A stretch of DNA of 64,000 nucleotides, taken from the NCBI RefSeq assembly GCF_006345805.1, contig NW_021832432.1, forward strand, positions 704,377 through 768,376, written 5' to 3'. A model generated the notes under the pieces. The model saw nothing but the letters and a program-made list of their open reading frames with translations. It made no database searches and had not been told where the DNA came from. Made by a program: the position numbers and the translations under genes. This document shows, piece after piece, positions 49,309 through 62,589 of the stretch. How positions within the stretch are numbered: the first letter of the stretch is position 1; each line of letters starts with the position of its first letter. This DNA comes from Octopus sinensis. Lineage: Eukaryota.

Positions 49309-49370
<62 letters not shown>

Positions 49371-50011
49371 GGCGCAGGAGTGGCTGTGTGGTAAGTACCT
49401 TGTCTACCAACAACATGGTTCCGGGTTCAGTCCCACTGCGTCGGTACTTGGGCAAGTGTCTTCTACTATAGCCCCGGGCCGACCAAAGCCTTGTGAGTAG
49501 ATGTGGTAGACGGAAACTGAAAGAAGCCCGTCGTATATATGTATATATATATGTGTGTGTTTGTGTGTCTGTGTTTGTCCCCCTAGCATTGCTGACAACC
49601 GATGCTGGTGTGTTTACGTCCCCGTCACCTAGCGGTTCGGCAAAAAAGAGACCGATAGATAAATAAGTACTGGGCTTAAAAAGAATAAGTCCCGGGGTCG
49701 ATTTGCTCGACTAAAGGCGGGCTCCAGCATGGCCGCAGTCAAATGACTGAAACAAGTAAAAGAGTAAAAGAGAGTAAGTGTATATATGCGTGTGTGTGTT
49801 TGTGTGTCTGTTTTTGTCCCCTAGCATTGCTTGACAACCGATGCTGGTGTGTTTATGTCCCCGTTACTTAGCGGTTCGGCAAAAGTGACCGATAGAATAA
49901 GTACTGGGCTTACAAAAGAATAAGTCCCGGGGTCGAGTTGCTCGATTAAAGGCGGTGCTCCAGCATGGCCGCAGTCAAATGACTGAAACAAGTAAAAAGA
50001 GTAAAAAAGAG
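49371..50011 (+). mobile_element. Full-length SINE-A (49371-49773) plus tandem second 3' half (49795-50011)
   Basis: GGCGCAGGAGTGGCTGTGTGGTAAG directly after (TA)n; GGGTTCAGTCCC; the 3' module is repeated. Confidence 0.95.
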
Positions 50012-50193
50012 TATATGAATATATATTTGTATGTACATTTGCATGCATACATCTGTATATGCATGATGTATATATCTATGCATGTATACATGCTTATATG
50101 CTACAAGTATGTATCCATCCAGCCATCCTTTCATCCCTCCATACATAGATACATGCCTACATACATGCATGCATACACACACACCACACACAC

Positions 50194-50236
<43 letters not shown>

Positions 50237-50265
50237 TATATATACCTATATCTCTATCTCTATCC

Positions 50266-50304
<39 letters not shown>

Positions 50305-50861
50305 TATATATATAATTGTTTGTTTGTTTTCCCCTGCCTTCGTCTTTTGTCTATTTTCATAAAGCTTCCCGTTATATATAAATATATATATATATATAAA
50401 TATTTACTTAAAAAAAAGTTTATGTACATCTATATGAAAGTGTGTATGAATGTATCCATGTATACGTATTATATATTACATGTGTATATATTTATTACAT
50501 GTGTGCGCGCGGACATGCATGCGTATATATACACATGAGTGAATACACACTTATGCCACACATAAATTCTTTTTATGCATATTTTATTCGTTTGGCTCTG
50601 AAAGTTAAAACTAAATGTTTAAGAATACTAAGATTCCTCTCACTGTCTCTCTCACCCCCTCACGTTCAACTCCTCTCATATATCTAAATGTTTCTTTGTT
50701 TGTGTGTATGTGTGTGTGTGATATGTGTGTGTGATATGTGTGAGTGACTGTAACTCATAGACGTATATGTGTGTGTCTAATGCACAACCCAAAACGTCTT
50801 TCTCTAATGAAAAGGTTGGATTGTTATTGCGTTTGTTGATGTTTCGCGCCGGTTCATCCTT

Positions 50862-50896
<35 letters not shown>

Positions 50897-50901
<5 letters not shown>

Positions 50902-51150
50902 CGTGATCCCCGTGACCGACCAGGCTATCAGATGTTGCTAAAGATCGCTGGTCACAATGCGCTTCAAATGACGCCACCCCGTTGGCTAAGCGAGCAGGCC
51001 AACAGAAGAAGGAGTGGCGAAAGTCCACCAGGGATCGCCACCATCCCCTGCCAGAGTCTCGTGGAGGTGCTTTTGCTCAATAAACACTGGCAACGCCCGG
51101 TCTGGGAATCGAAACCGCGATCCTACGACCGCGAGTCGCTACCCTAACCA
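50897..51150 (-). mobile_element. tRNA-derived SINE, C head with alternative tail
   Basis: 'tggttagggtagcgactcgcggtcgtaggatcgcggtttcgattcccagacc...' then tail '...tagcaacatctgatagcctggtcggtcacgg.gatcacggtgat(at)n'. Confidence 0.85.
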
Positions 51151-51184
51151 TATATATGTATGTATATATATATGTATGTATATA

Positions 51185-51252
<68 letters not shown>

Positions 51253-51311
51253 ATATATATATTTACATATATATATACATATATACATACACACACACAC
51301 ACACCAACACA

Positions 51312-51358
<47 letters not shown>

Positions 51359-51734
51359 ACACAACCATATACACATATATTACACCACACACACACACAC
51401 ACCACATATATTAATTTGTATGTGCATCAGAGACTACTTTCTGTAACCCGTCCTTCTTTATTTCAATCTTGCATGTGATTTGTGCGATATTTGGTTGCTA
51501 TTTCTTGTGGGTCAAGTTATTGCGTAGAAGTTCCCTCGTTGCAAGGCGAATATGTAAAATCGGTTGTATTAGAGTCGTCGTATATATTGTTAATTCTCCA
51601 TCATATTTTTAAAATTCTACTGAGGTCTAGGGATCTCAAGTCGGCTTAGAAAGGATTCGAACTAAGAACCTGGCGACTCTTGAACTAGCCGTTCTTGTCT
51701 TCGTGGTATTTAGCATGAGGTTATCTTGATAAAG

Positions 51735-52126
51735 TGGAGGCGCATGGCCCAGTGGTTAGGGCAGCGGACTCGCGGTCGTAGGATCGCGGGGTTTCGATTC
51801 CCAGACTGGCGTTGGAGGTGTTATTGAGCGAAAACACCTAAAGCTCCACGATGCTCCGGCAGGAATGGTGGTGATCCCTGCTGTACTCTTCACCACAACT
51901 TTCTCTCACTCTTACTTCCTGTTTCTGTTGTACCTGTATTTCAAAGGGCCGGCTTGTCATCTTTGTGTCACGCTGAATATCCCCGAGAATACGCTAAGGG
52001 TCCACGTGTCTGTGGAGTGCTCAGCCACTTACACGTTAATTTCACGAGCAGGCTGTTCCGTTGCTTTCGATCAACCGGAACCCTCGTCGTCGTAACCGAC
52101 AGAGTGCTTCCATTCCATTTCATTCC
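51735..52126 (+). mobile_element. Full-length tRNA(Arg-like)-derived SINE family C
   Basis: GGAGGCGCATGGCCCAGTGGTTAGG (A box), GTTTCGATTCCC (B box), (CATTC)n tail, TSD ATCTTGATA at 51723-31 and 52127-35. Confidence 0.9.
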
Positions 52127-52389
52127 ATCTTGATATAAGCAGACTTCATGGTCAAAAGCTTGAAGACGTTTTCTTTCGTTTTTCTAAAGAGTAGTGGTAC
52201 TGTATCGAATAATCAACAACGGGTCCCCCTATATTTTAAAAAATATAGTATGGTGTATTTTGAGGGGAGCTTGGTTGCTGTTTCTAGCAAATGGAGCAAC
52301 TACATAGCAGGTCCTTCTTTTAGTTGTTTCAGACAGTGAATTATGACCATGCTTGGTCGCCGACATCTATCGCTCAAATAAGAATAATA

Positions 52390-52589
52390 ATCCTTTCTAC
52401 TATAGGCACAAGGCCTGAAATTTTAAGGGAGGAGGTTAGCTTTATAATGTCGATCCCAATGTTCAACCGACACGCATTTTATCGACCCCTAAAAATGATG
52501 AAAGATAAGGTTGACTGGTGGGATTTGAGCTCAGAACTAGAGAAGAGCATTTCTTACCACACTCTAACTATTCTGCTATCCTACCGCCC

Positions 52590-52652
<63 letters not shown>

Positions 52653-52870
52653 CCTTTTTACTGAAGGCACAAGGCCTGAAATTTAGGGGAGAGGACTAGT
52701 TATTACACTGAGCCCAATGTTTCACTAGAACTTAATTTATCGATCCCGAAAGGATGAAAGGAAAAGTCGACCTCGACGGAATTTGAACTCAGAACGTGAA
52801 GGCGGATGAAATGTCGCTAAGCATTTTTCCGGCGTGCTAACGATTCTGCCATCTCGCGTTTTCAATAATA

Positions 52871-52934
<64 letters not shown>

Positions 52935-53140
52935 TAATAATAATAGTCTTTTCTATTATGGGCACAAGGTCTGAGATTTGGGGGAGGAGATTAGTCGATT
53001 AATCAACTGGTACTTAATTTATGGACCATCCGAAAGGATGAAAGGTAAAGTCGACCTCGGCGCAATTTGAACTCGGAACGTAGCGACGGGCAAAATACGG
53101 CTAAGCATCTTGTCCAGCGTGCCAACAATACTGGCAGCAG
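52390..53140 (-). mobile_element. Three co-oriented SINE-B copies separated by (TAA)n
   Basis: Copies at ~52390-52590, 52651-52860 and 52946-53140. Confidence 0.85.
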
Positions 53141-53411
53141 GATGTGCTACTTGACCTGAAGAAAATTCTGAACCACACCTGCAATGCCATGTCCTGTTTA
53201 TCCTGTGATCACCATATCGCGCACATTTTGTTGTGATCCATGTGTCTTGTCTGCCCTTATCAGACAGGTAGCCATGATGGATATATTGGGCTTCGTATAT
53301 TTCTATCCCAGTGTCACATAGATGACATGCTTGCTTTCTCTCTCTCTCTCTCGATAATAATAATAATAATAATAATGATAAATAATAATAATAATAATGA
53401 TAATAATAATA

Positions 53412-53445
<34 letters not shown>

Positions 53446-53592
53446 CCTCTCTACTATAGGCACAATAACATTAAGGAAAGATTCCTGTGGTGTAAAAATA
53501 TGCCAGGGTGTGGAAATGATATGGTAAAAGTGTGTGTGTGCATGTATGTGTGGGTGTGTTTGTGTGTGTGTATGTGTGTGGGAAGAGTGAGA

Positions 53593-53632
<40 letters not shown>

Positions 53633-53925
53633 CAGAAAAACGCTATTGGCACGTGCACACACCAACACATGCAAACGCTACTGGCGCGCACTCGTATACA
53701 TATACACAGGCGATAATTACAGTGTATGTAAGTATACGTAGGAGTGAAGAAGTGGGGGGGGGGGGTTATGTGTATCTATGAGCACGCCATTACAGTTACT
53801 ATTTGTGTAAGCGTGTGCATGTGTGCACGTGCATGTAACGTTTGCTTGACATTCTCTCTCTCTCACTGTTTACCTGACAATTTAACGCATGCATCTTAAA
53901 GCAAATCATTGTCGTGAAGATTGAA

Positions 53926-53991
<66 letters not shown>

Positions 53992-54039
53992 CCTATCTAT
54001 CTATCTATCTATTCTATTCTATCTATCTATCTATCTATC

Positions 54040-54094
<55 letters not shown>

Positions 54095-54119
54095 CTATCT
54101 ATTCTATTCTATTCTATTC

Positions 54120-54780
54120 TATTCTATTATATATGTTAAAAATCCTGTTCCTAACTGCCTTCGTAAGATATTTGTGACAATATGTCCTAGATACGGATTC
54201 TTTTCCAACTATCTGTATATTAATAACCATCTTTCTTTCTTCGTAAAAGTTGTGTAATTGTACGTCCTATGTAGAGACATTACCAACAATATAATATTAA
54301 GTGCTTCCTAAAGTATATTATTACCGAAACAAAGTTTGATGTATTATGGTAGACAATGAACAGAGAATGCGACTGCGAGAATTGAATCGGGAGAGGCAGA
54401 GAAGATACAAGGAACGATTAGGGGAAAGTGCAAAGAAAAGAAAAAATTAGTAGGATAGAGAGGAAAATTTAAGAATGACGAGAATTTAGGAGGAAAGAAT
54501 TGAAATAAATGCAAGAAATGAAGCTAGAAGGTATCGTTTGATGAACAACAACGAAGCTGAAGTTAATAGGAAAAGAACGAGAATTGTTAATCAAGAAAGA
54601 AAGCAAAATATGAACGATGATGATAAGCAAGAATGTTATTAGGAATAAACCAGAATAAGAAAATATGCTGGACGAGAAAACATGATCGAAGAGAACAGAC
54701 AAGATTTTCTAGAAATTAATCAAAGGATTATGAAAGAAATGATAGGATATTATGATCGAGTGTGGAAATGCTTATGGCTG
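54120..54780 (+). pseudogene. Possible Helitron 5' region with decayed E/R-rich RepHel N-terminus
   Basis: Stop-interrupted 'NEQRMRLRELNRERQRRYKERL...EERIEINARNEARRYRLM' downstream of '(tcta)n..tattatatatgttaaaatcc'. Confidence 0.3.
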
Positions 54781-54890
54781 ACACTGTACCACAAAATGAG
54801 CCACGGAATTTCCACTGGGAATACTGGTAATAGTGATTTCTTTATTAACCACTAGGAGTGTACACAAAGAACAAGAACAGCACAGAGTGA

Positions 54891-55455
54891 TCATCATCAC
54901 TGTTCGACCGTGGTCGAGACAATGGAATTTACTATGTTACGCCAGACTTCACGGCCCATCATAGATGTCTTTACTACCCACAAGGGGCTAAACACAGAGG
55001 GGACAAACAAGGACAGACAAACGGATTAAGTCGATTACATCGCCGCCAGTGCGTAACTGGTACTTAATTTATCGACCCCGAAAGGATGAAAGGCAAAGTC
55101 GACCTCGACAGAATTTGAACTCGGAACGTAACGACAGACAAAATACGGCTACGCATTTCGCCCGGCGTGCTAACGTTTCTGCCAGCTCGCCCCCTTACGG
55201 CCCATCATAGCATTACGGAGGTCCTGTTGCTGGATGCCTGTATCCCTAGAGATTACATCAGGGTAGGAGTGTGTGCGTCCTTTGGTATCGCGAGCAGATG
55301 GCTTCCAGAGGAGAAGAGTAGAAATTACCTCGTTTTCAGCTCTACAACAATGTCCAGTAAACTGGACTCTTCTACCTTTCACAAGAGATGATACAGGAGG
55401 TAGTTTCCCATATATTTGTACTTTGGTTGGATGACGCTTCCACGAGAGATTTTGA
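54891..55455 (-). mobile_element. RTE/RTE-X-like LINE 3' end interrupted by a SINE-B
   Basis: 'SWKRHPTKVQIYGKLPPVSSLVKGRRVQFTGHC.R..NEVISTLLLWKP...DTG....L.NAMMG|REVWRNIVNSI' followed by (TGA)n. Confidence 0.8.
54965..55196 (-). mobile_element. Full-length long-tailed SINE-B with 14 bp TSD
   Basis: TSD ACGGCCCATCATAG at 54951-54964 and 55197-55210. Confidence 0.95.
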
Positions 55456-56331
55456 GTGATACAGTATAATGCGAGGACATGAATTCTTGTACAAAGTTAA
55501 ATAACAAAAATAAATAAGAAGCATTAAACAAGAAAAAATTCTCCAAAAGCAAGGAGACTTACGACGGCTGCACGTGGAAGCCTTACAATATCATGGTCAC
55601 TCTGAACACTTGGCAAGCGCCCTCTTATCCTCTTTCCTCAATCTACTGGCGCACGCTGAGAACAGGACCGTTCACTCGGAGTACTGCTAGTAATAAGAAA
55701 AGTAATATACATACTAAAATACGAAGTTCATTGCAACGTAACATTTGCTTTTGTTTGTTTGTTTGTTTGTTATATGACATAAAAAAAAATAATTAGTCAC
55801 TGATGGAAGATAACCATACAAACAAGACAACCTGTTGATTGTAAAATTCTACTTTCACTTTTGACACGATTCTGAAGCCAATTTCAACCAAATGTGTATT
55901 TAGCACAGTCGAGCAACTGATTAACCATCTGGCAATACGAGTCCCTTATAATTAATTACTTACATATTATAGCAGGTTCCTCAGCGAAAGGAGGAGTAAT
56001 CACATTTAGAAGCGCACGTTATTCTCATTCGTTTGGTGGATTAAAAAGACAAGTTTTAAAACCTAGTTGGAGCTGATTCAAGCCATATTCTCTATTTCAC
56101 TTCCACGATTAACACGTTTCAAGAAAAACACGAGTGTCGTTGTACAATCGCGATCACTTATATCTGCACATTTACGACAGTCTAGTTCGATTTCAATCAA
56201 ATACATCTACCGTATGTCGGTTTTAGACTTAATGAACTTGGATGCACTTTGTTTAAAAAAAATTACATCAGAAAGTTTCATGAAAATTGAGAACATATAT
56301 TTCATTTTTTAAAAATATCATCTTGAGGTCT

Positions 56332-57085
56332 AAGGCGGTGAGCTGGCAGAAACGTTATCACGCCAGGCGAAATGCTTAGCGGTATTTCGTCTGCCGTTAC
56401 GTTCTGAGTTTAAATTCCGCCGAGGTCGACTTTGCCTTTCATCCTTTCGGGGTCGATAAATTAAGTACAGTTACGCACTGGGGTCGATGTAATTGACTTA
56501 ATCCATTTGCTGTCCTTGGTTGTCCCCTCTATGTTTAGCCCCTTGGGTAGTAAAGAAACCATGTATTTCGTCGCTGCCGTTACGTTCTGAGTTCAAATCC
56601 GCCGAGGTTGACTTTGCTTCATCCTTCGGGGTCGATAAATTAAGTACCAGTTACGCACTGGGGTCGATGTAATTGACTTAATCCATTGTCTGTCTTGTTT
56701 GTCCCCTCTATGTTTAGCCCCTTGTGGGTAGTAAAGAAACAGGTATTTCGTCTGCCGTTACGTTCTGAGTTCAAATTCCGCCGAGGTTGACTTTGCTTTT
56801 CATCCTTTCGGGGTCGATAAATTAAGTACCAGTTACGCACTGAAGTCGATATAATCGACTTAATCCGTTTGTCTGTCCCTGTTTGTCCTCTCCGTGTTTA
56901 GCCCCTTGTAGGTTGTAAAGAAATAGGTATTTTGTCTGTCTTTACGTTCTGAAGAGTTCAGATTCCGCCGAGGTCAACTTTGCCTTTCATCCTTTCGGGG
57001 TCGATAAAATAAGAACCAGTTGAGTTCTGGGGTCGATGTAATCGCCTTATCCCCAACTCCCACAAAAAATTACCGGCCTTTGAAA
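56332..57085 (+). repeat. SINE-B-derived tandem array: one head plus four ~181 bp bodies
   Basis: 'gtatttcgtctgccgttacgttctgag'-type unit starts at ~56381, 56564, 56742 and 56926. Confidence 0.95.
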
Positions 57086-57410
57086 TTAATATTTTTTTGA
57101 GATGCCTGCTGTTTGTGAAACATTAAGTTTTAGCCTGTTGAGTACGTAACTAAGTTTTAGATTGTTGAGCTATAAGTAACTCAGCACTGTCCCTACTACA
57201 CTTTCAAGCAACAAGTTCCTCCTTCTCTCTTCTGTCTCTCCCTTCCTCGCTTCTCTCTCTTTCTTTCTTTTCTCTCCTCTCACTTTCTCTCTCTCTCTCC
57301 TCTCTCTCTCTCTCAGCTTGGTTACTCAGCTAGAGTAATCCTTCGAGTGAAGTTTGATTAATTTTAGAGGGGGCTCATATCTATATAATCGCAATCTTTT
57401 AATGTGTGTA

Positions 57411-57710
57411 GGCACATGGCCCAGTGGTTAGAGCCGCGGAATCATGATCGAGAGATCGCGGGTTCGAATCTCAACCCGAACGATGTGTGTGTTTATGAGC
57501 GAAACACGTAAGTTCCATGCGGCGCCGGCAGAAGGTAATGGTGAACTTCTGCTGACTCTTTCGTCACAACTTTCTCTCAGTCTTTCCTCCTGCATCTAGC
57601 AGCTCACCTGCGACGGACCGGCGTCCCGTCCAGGTGGGGAACCTATACGCCAATGAAACCGGGAAACCGGCCTTTACGAGCCAGGCATGGCTCGAGAAGG
57701 AACAAACAAC
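57411..57710 (+). mobile_element. tRNA-derived SINE family D (C-type head, third tail)
   Basis: GGCACATGGCCCAGTGGTTAGAG...GGGTTCGAATCTC...'gaaaccgggaaaccggc...aaggaacaaacaac'. Confidence 0.9.
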
Positions 57711-57981
57711 TTTTTAGTATATTACATAGAAAAAAAATAGGTGTATGGTGGTGGTCAGTAATTTTCAGGGACTTATGAACTCTGGTACTGTACCGTTAAA
57801 TTAATACCCTCACCGCCTTTGTTAAATTAGGTCTTCCTATCTACCTTCCACACATTCACGAAGAGATTCATGGCCCTAATAGCAATAGTGTAGCGGTGGT
57901 AGAGGAGAGTGACAGGGAGTGGTCTTTCCCCGGGCGAGCTTGTATGGGGGTGGCACATCAGGGTCTGTTGGAGATCCAGGT

Positions 57982-58281
57982 TTGTTCCTTGTCGAGTCAT
58001 GCCTGGCTCATTAGGGCCGGTTTCCCGGTTTCCTTGGCGTATAGGTTCCCTACCTGGACGGGACGCCGGTCCGTCGAAGGTGAGCTCCAAGATGCAGGAG
58101 GAAAGAGTGAGAGAAAGTTTTGGTGAGAGAGTCAGCAGGAGTTCTCCACCATCTTCTGCCGGAGCCGCGTGGAGCTTAGGTGTTTCGCTCATAAACACAC
58201 ACATCGCCCGGTCTGAGATTCGAACCCGCGATCCCTCGACCGCGAGTCCACTGCTTTAACCACTAGGCCATGTGCCTTCAC
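57982..58281 (-). mobile_element. SINE family D with 12 bp TSD
   Basis: Inverted homolog of 57411-57710; TSD GGAGATCCAGGT at 57970-81 and 58282-93. Confidence 0.95.
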
Positions 58282-58368
58282 GGAGATCCAGGTGGGGGTG
58301 CGAAAATTTAAGGGTCGTCATCATTCACCTAAAAGATCCCTTGTAATTATTTTAATTCTTTTCTTATT

Positions 58369-58634
58369 AAGGCAGCAAGCTGGCGGAATTGTCACCGTGT
58401 CGGACAAAATGCTTAGTGACATTTCGTCCGTCTTTACGTTCTGAGTTCACATTCAATGGTGGTCGAATTTGCCTTTAATTATTTCAGGGTCGATAAAATA
58501 AGTACCACTTAAGCGCTGGGGTTCGATGTGATCGACTATCCTCTCCTAAAATGTCAAACCTTGTGACTAATAATAATAATAATAATAACAATAAGTCATC
58601 ATCATCATCATCATCAATCATCATCATCATCATA

Positions 58635-58710
<76 letters not shown>

Positions 58711-58925
58711 AGGCGGTGAACTGTCAGAATCTTTAGTGCAGTGGAAAGAATGTTTAATAGCATTTATTCCGGCTCTATATGTTCTGAGTTCAAATTCCGC
58801 TGAGGGTGACCATGCCTTTCATCCTTTCCGAATCGATAAAATAAGTACCAGTTGAGTACTGGGATCGATGTAATCGACCTCTCATTCCTCTAAAATTGCT
58901 GGCCTTGTGTGGAAATTCGAAATCG
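58369..58925 (+). mobile_element. Two SINE-B copies flanking a (TAA)/(ATT)n tract
   Basis: ~58369-58568 and ~58710-58925. Confidence 0.85.
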
Positions 58926-60576
58926 TTATTATTATTATTATTGTTTTTGTTATCCAGTCCCAGGTCATCCCTTATCGGGCTCACTTATGATCAAAATGCG
59001 TTCCCGTGACCATCACTTTTGCTTATCAAGGCTGACTACTCAGTCCAATGTAACATTTTCCAGTGAAGTAGTTTTTCTAAGGGAGACGGGATGCGACAAA
59101 GAAGCCTTGGGTGAGTTAAGTTTTCAAGGGGTGGGGCGACAAATTGCTATGTTTAATAAAAATCAGGGCCTCAGAAAGAAATTTTGCAAGACGGGACGTG
59201 ACAATATTTGGGTCCACCTAGAGTAGAGAGAGGACTCTTGTCGAAATTCAAGAAAACTGTGATTGTCCCTTATTACCCCCCCCCCTTAGTCACGTCACTG
59301 CTATTTCAAACAATGTTCCAGCTGCGACCATCTCATTGTTATCCAGGCACTGTTTACCTAGGACTATATTATTCAGTGTGTCATTGAAAAGCAGTAGGAT
59401 GCACGACCAATGACCACTTAGAACAGGGTTTCCCAACATAGGTTATCAGCATCCTTAGAGAGTGCGAGATGGTATGACAGGAAATGTGAAAAAGAGGAAA
59501 AGTATTAACTTTATTAAAATCGTTTTTCAGAATAAAGTTATTAAGTAAATTTGTTTTTCAACCTTGTTCCATAAACAAATTAGTTTTATCAATGACTTGT
59601 TGGGATATCGTATTTCGTTATGCTACCATAATATATGCTACAAAGTACATTAGCGCTTTATAAGCCTATACTGAGTTCTACTGGGTTAGTTTAGTTCTAT
59701 CGAAGCTGTTGTTGTTATATATATATAATGTATTGAGTATTAAAGGAAGTAGTGAGTACTTAGTATGAAAGATTAAGAAAATGAGAGAGACTGAAAAAAC
59801 GTGTTAACGATACGAGATACTTTATTAGACTGCCGTTGTTGTACAAGGTATTTGTTGTGGCGGGAAACTTACTGAATGTCCTTGTATCAAGGGAGACAAT
59901 GGGCAACGTTGATTGTTCATGTTTGTTGTGATGATTACATAACAGAAGCCACCAAGAACTGTATTTGTCCACAGATCTCATTATAGTTCAAGTTGTTAGA
60001 AAATTAACTTCTTCATTTTCATTTTCATTTTGTAGAGGGTGCAGAAAATAATCAAACACTTCCCAAGGATGCAGGCAGTTGCAGAATTAGAGGGGAGAAG
60101 CGATCCTCCTCGGTAATGTTTTTTATTAAGGCGTCATTTTGGAGGTCGGCTGTATAAGCATTTATCTTTTTAGGGCTTCGGAACGGGAAAATGCGGCAAA
60201 CACAAGGGCTACCCCTGGCGGCACACAAAGCGACAACGCTAATGCAGACAGTAGCGTAGCTGGATGGTGGTGAGGTGTGGGGGAGGTCAGTCCTCCCCGA
60301 GCGAGGCTTTTATGAGGGCGGCCCTTCTGGGTCTAGTGTATAAGCCAAATTTTTTATGTGGTGGGAGGAGGGAGAAGGAGAAGACTGTGGGAAACGCAGG
60401 GCTACCCTCGGCGACGCACGCACTAGAATGCTATAGAGGAAATTTGGAACCACTGGATTGGAGGCCCCAGTTTGTACATATCTGTTTGCACGATACACCT
60501 GTATCTGTAGACATCGTCTATGACCCACAAACACGCACACACGCACGCACACACACACACAACACACACACACACA

Positions 60577-60621
<45 letters not shown>

Positions 60622-61326
60622 TACTTATGAAGTGTTCTTCATACTTTCTAGTTTCTGGAAAGAATAAAAGCCGGTTTCTCGAATGGGAGAAAAAAACAAA
60701 ACAAACAAAAACATAAGACACGGTTCACTTATTTCTGTTGATGCAACCGAATGCATAGGTGCATACTTCTAAATATATATGTTTGTATGTGTCTATAAAT
60801 AAATAAAAAAATATACATGCGTGTGTGTACGTGCGTCCATGCGTGTGTATTGTGCGCGCGTGCGTTTATGAATGTTATCTACGTATCGATGAAAATAATA
60901 TGTATTTTATCTATGAATGTATACGTGTGTGTGTGTGTGTGTGTATGTCTTTATGCATCTATGCATCTTTGTGAGTATTATATGTATGTGTGCGTGTTTG
61001 TTAGGACTTGGATATGATTGCGGAAATGTTTATGTACGCCTGTATTTACGAATGTGCAAGGTGTGCACATGTGTGTGAGTGTGCATGCACACACTGTACA
61101 CACACACACATACACATATATTGATATGTATACACGTGTACTGGTTATATATGTCAATGTAGGTATTAATCAATAGATCAATACACATCATTCTACAACG
61201 TAATTTCACTGTATTTTGTTCGTGTACTCTATATATATGCATATGCGTATGTGGTCGGGCGTGATCTTATATATATATATATATAATATATATATATATA
61301 TATGTATATATATGTATATATTTTTT

Positions 61327-61545
61327 TTACTCGTTTACTTGTTTCAGTCATTTGACCGAGGCCATGCTGGAGCACCGCCTTTAGTCGAGCAAATCGACCC
61401 CAGGACTTATTCTTTGTAAACCTAGTACTTATTCTATCGGTGTCTTTTGCCGAACCGCTAATTTACGGGGGCGTAAACACACCAGCATCGGTTGTCAAGC
61501 GATGTTGGGGGGACAAACACAGACACACAAACACACACACACACA

Positions 61546-61594
<49 letters not shown>

Positions 61595-61757
61595 GATGGG
61601 CTTCTTTTCAGTTTCCGTCTACCAAATCCACCCACAAGGCTTTGGTCGGCCCTAGGCTATAGCGGAAAACACTTGCCCAAGGTGCCACGCAGTGGGACTG
61701 AACCCGGAACCATGTGGCCCATAAGTAAGTTACTTACCACACAGCCTCTCCTCACCT
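61327..61757 (-). mobile_element. Full-length SINE-A with expanded internal (TA)n
   Basis: Complete head and tail modules. Confidence 0.9.
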
Positions 61758-61768
61758 ACTTCTATCTA

Positions 61769-61799
<31 letters not shown>

Positions 61800-61827
61800 A
61801 TAATACCTATATATATATATATATATA

Positions 61828-61877
<50 letters not shown>

Positions 61878-61889
61878 ATATATATTATA

Positions 61890-61920
<31 letters not shown>

Positions 61921-62056
61921 AAGGGAAAGTTTACGAAAATAAACAAAATACGACGGCAGGTGGTGTACAAACAAAACAAATGTATTAGTATAGCGCTCAA
62001 GAATAGAAAAAATATTTTACGTTTCGAGCCTACACTCTTCCACAGAAAGATACACG
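61921..62056 (-). mobile_element. Penelope-type pLTR fragment with degenerate hammerhead
   Basis: Minus strand ttt-CTGTGGA-a-gagt(gtag)gctc-GAAACGT-A-aaa (62014-62050); related fragments at ~18820, ~22990 and ~50315, all abutting (TA)n. Confidence 0.55.
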
Positions 62057-62099
62057 GAAATATAGTGTGTGTTATTGTTATTTAACCCTCGGCCTACCA

Positions 62100-62288
62100 A
62101 GCAGCGTAGCTAGGAGTCGGTGGTCTATCCCGGTCGACAGCTTTTATGGGGGTGGCAGTTCTGGGTTGTATTTTGTTGGGTTGTACGCTGCATTTTTTAG
62201 GAGTTGTGGTAGGGAGGGCACACGAGGACAGCTAATTGCTAATTTAAGGGCTGCCCCTGGTGACACACATTCTAGCTAAGCCAGTAGA
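62100..62288. mobile_element. Possible PIF/Harbinger-type MITE relic
   Basis: Ends 'gcagcgtagctag' and 'ctagctaagccagt'; a similar start 'cagtagcgtagctgg' occurs at ~60249. Confidence 0.3.
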
Positions 62289-62470
62289 GCTGCCTTGATT
62301 GATCATTCAGCAAACTAAGATCAAAAGTGTTCCAAATTTCACCTGTTACTTTTTTTTTTTTTGCATGTGAAGGCCGACATTGTCCAGACTGTACTTCCTT
62401 TTGTAAAGCAAATGTGATTCAACGGATTTCACAACTCTTTCTAACAGGTCAAACACCCTCAAAATAGCTC

Positions 62471-62512
<42 letters not shown>

Positions 62513-62589
62513 CGCATACGAACCTACATAATAAACATACAAGCACGTCGAATTACCTAATTCTCAGTCGGATGATAAACTGACGAACA

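Noticed and set aside
51736-51810. Functional tRNA-Arg gene
   Set aside because: Cloverleaf is incomplete and continues into a SINE body with tail and TSD; the same applies to 31450-31524 and 57411.
56332-57085. CRISPR-like regular array
   Set aside because: Units are ~181 bp near-identical SINE bodies without unique spacers; eukaryotic context, no cas genes.
59424-60100. hAT-type MITE starting CAGGGTTTCCCAAC
   Set aside because: No convincing right TIR or 8 bp TSD found.
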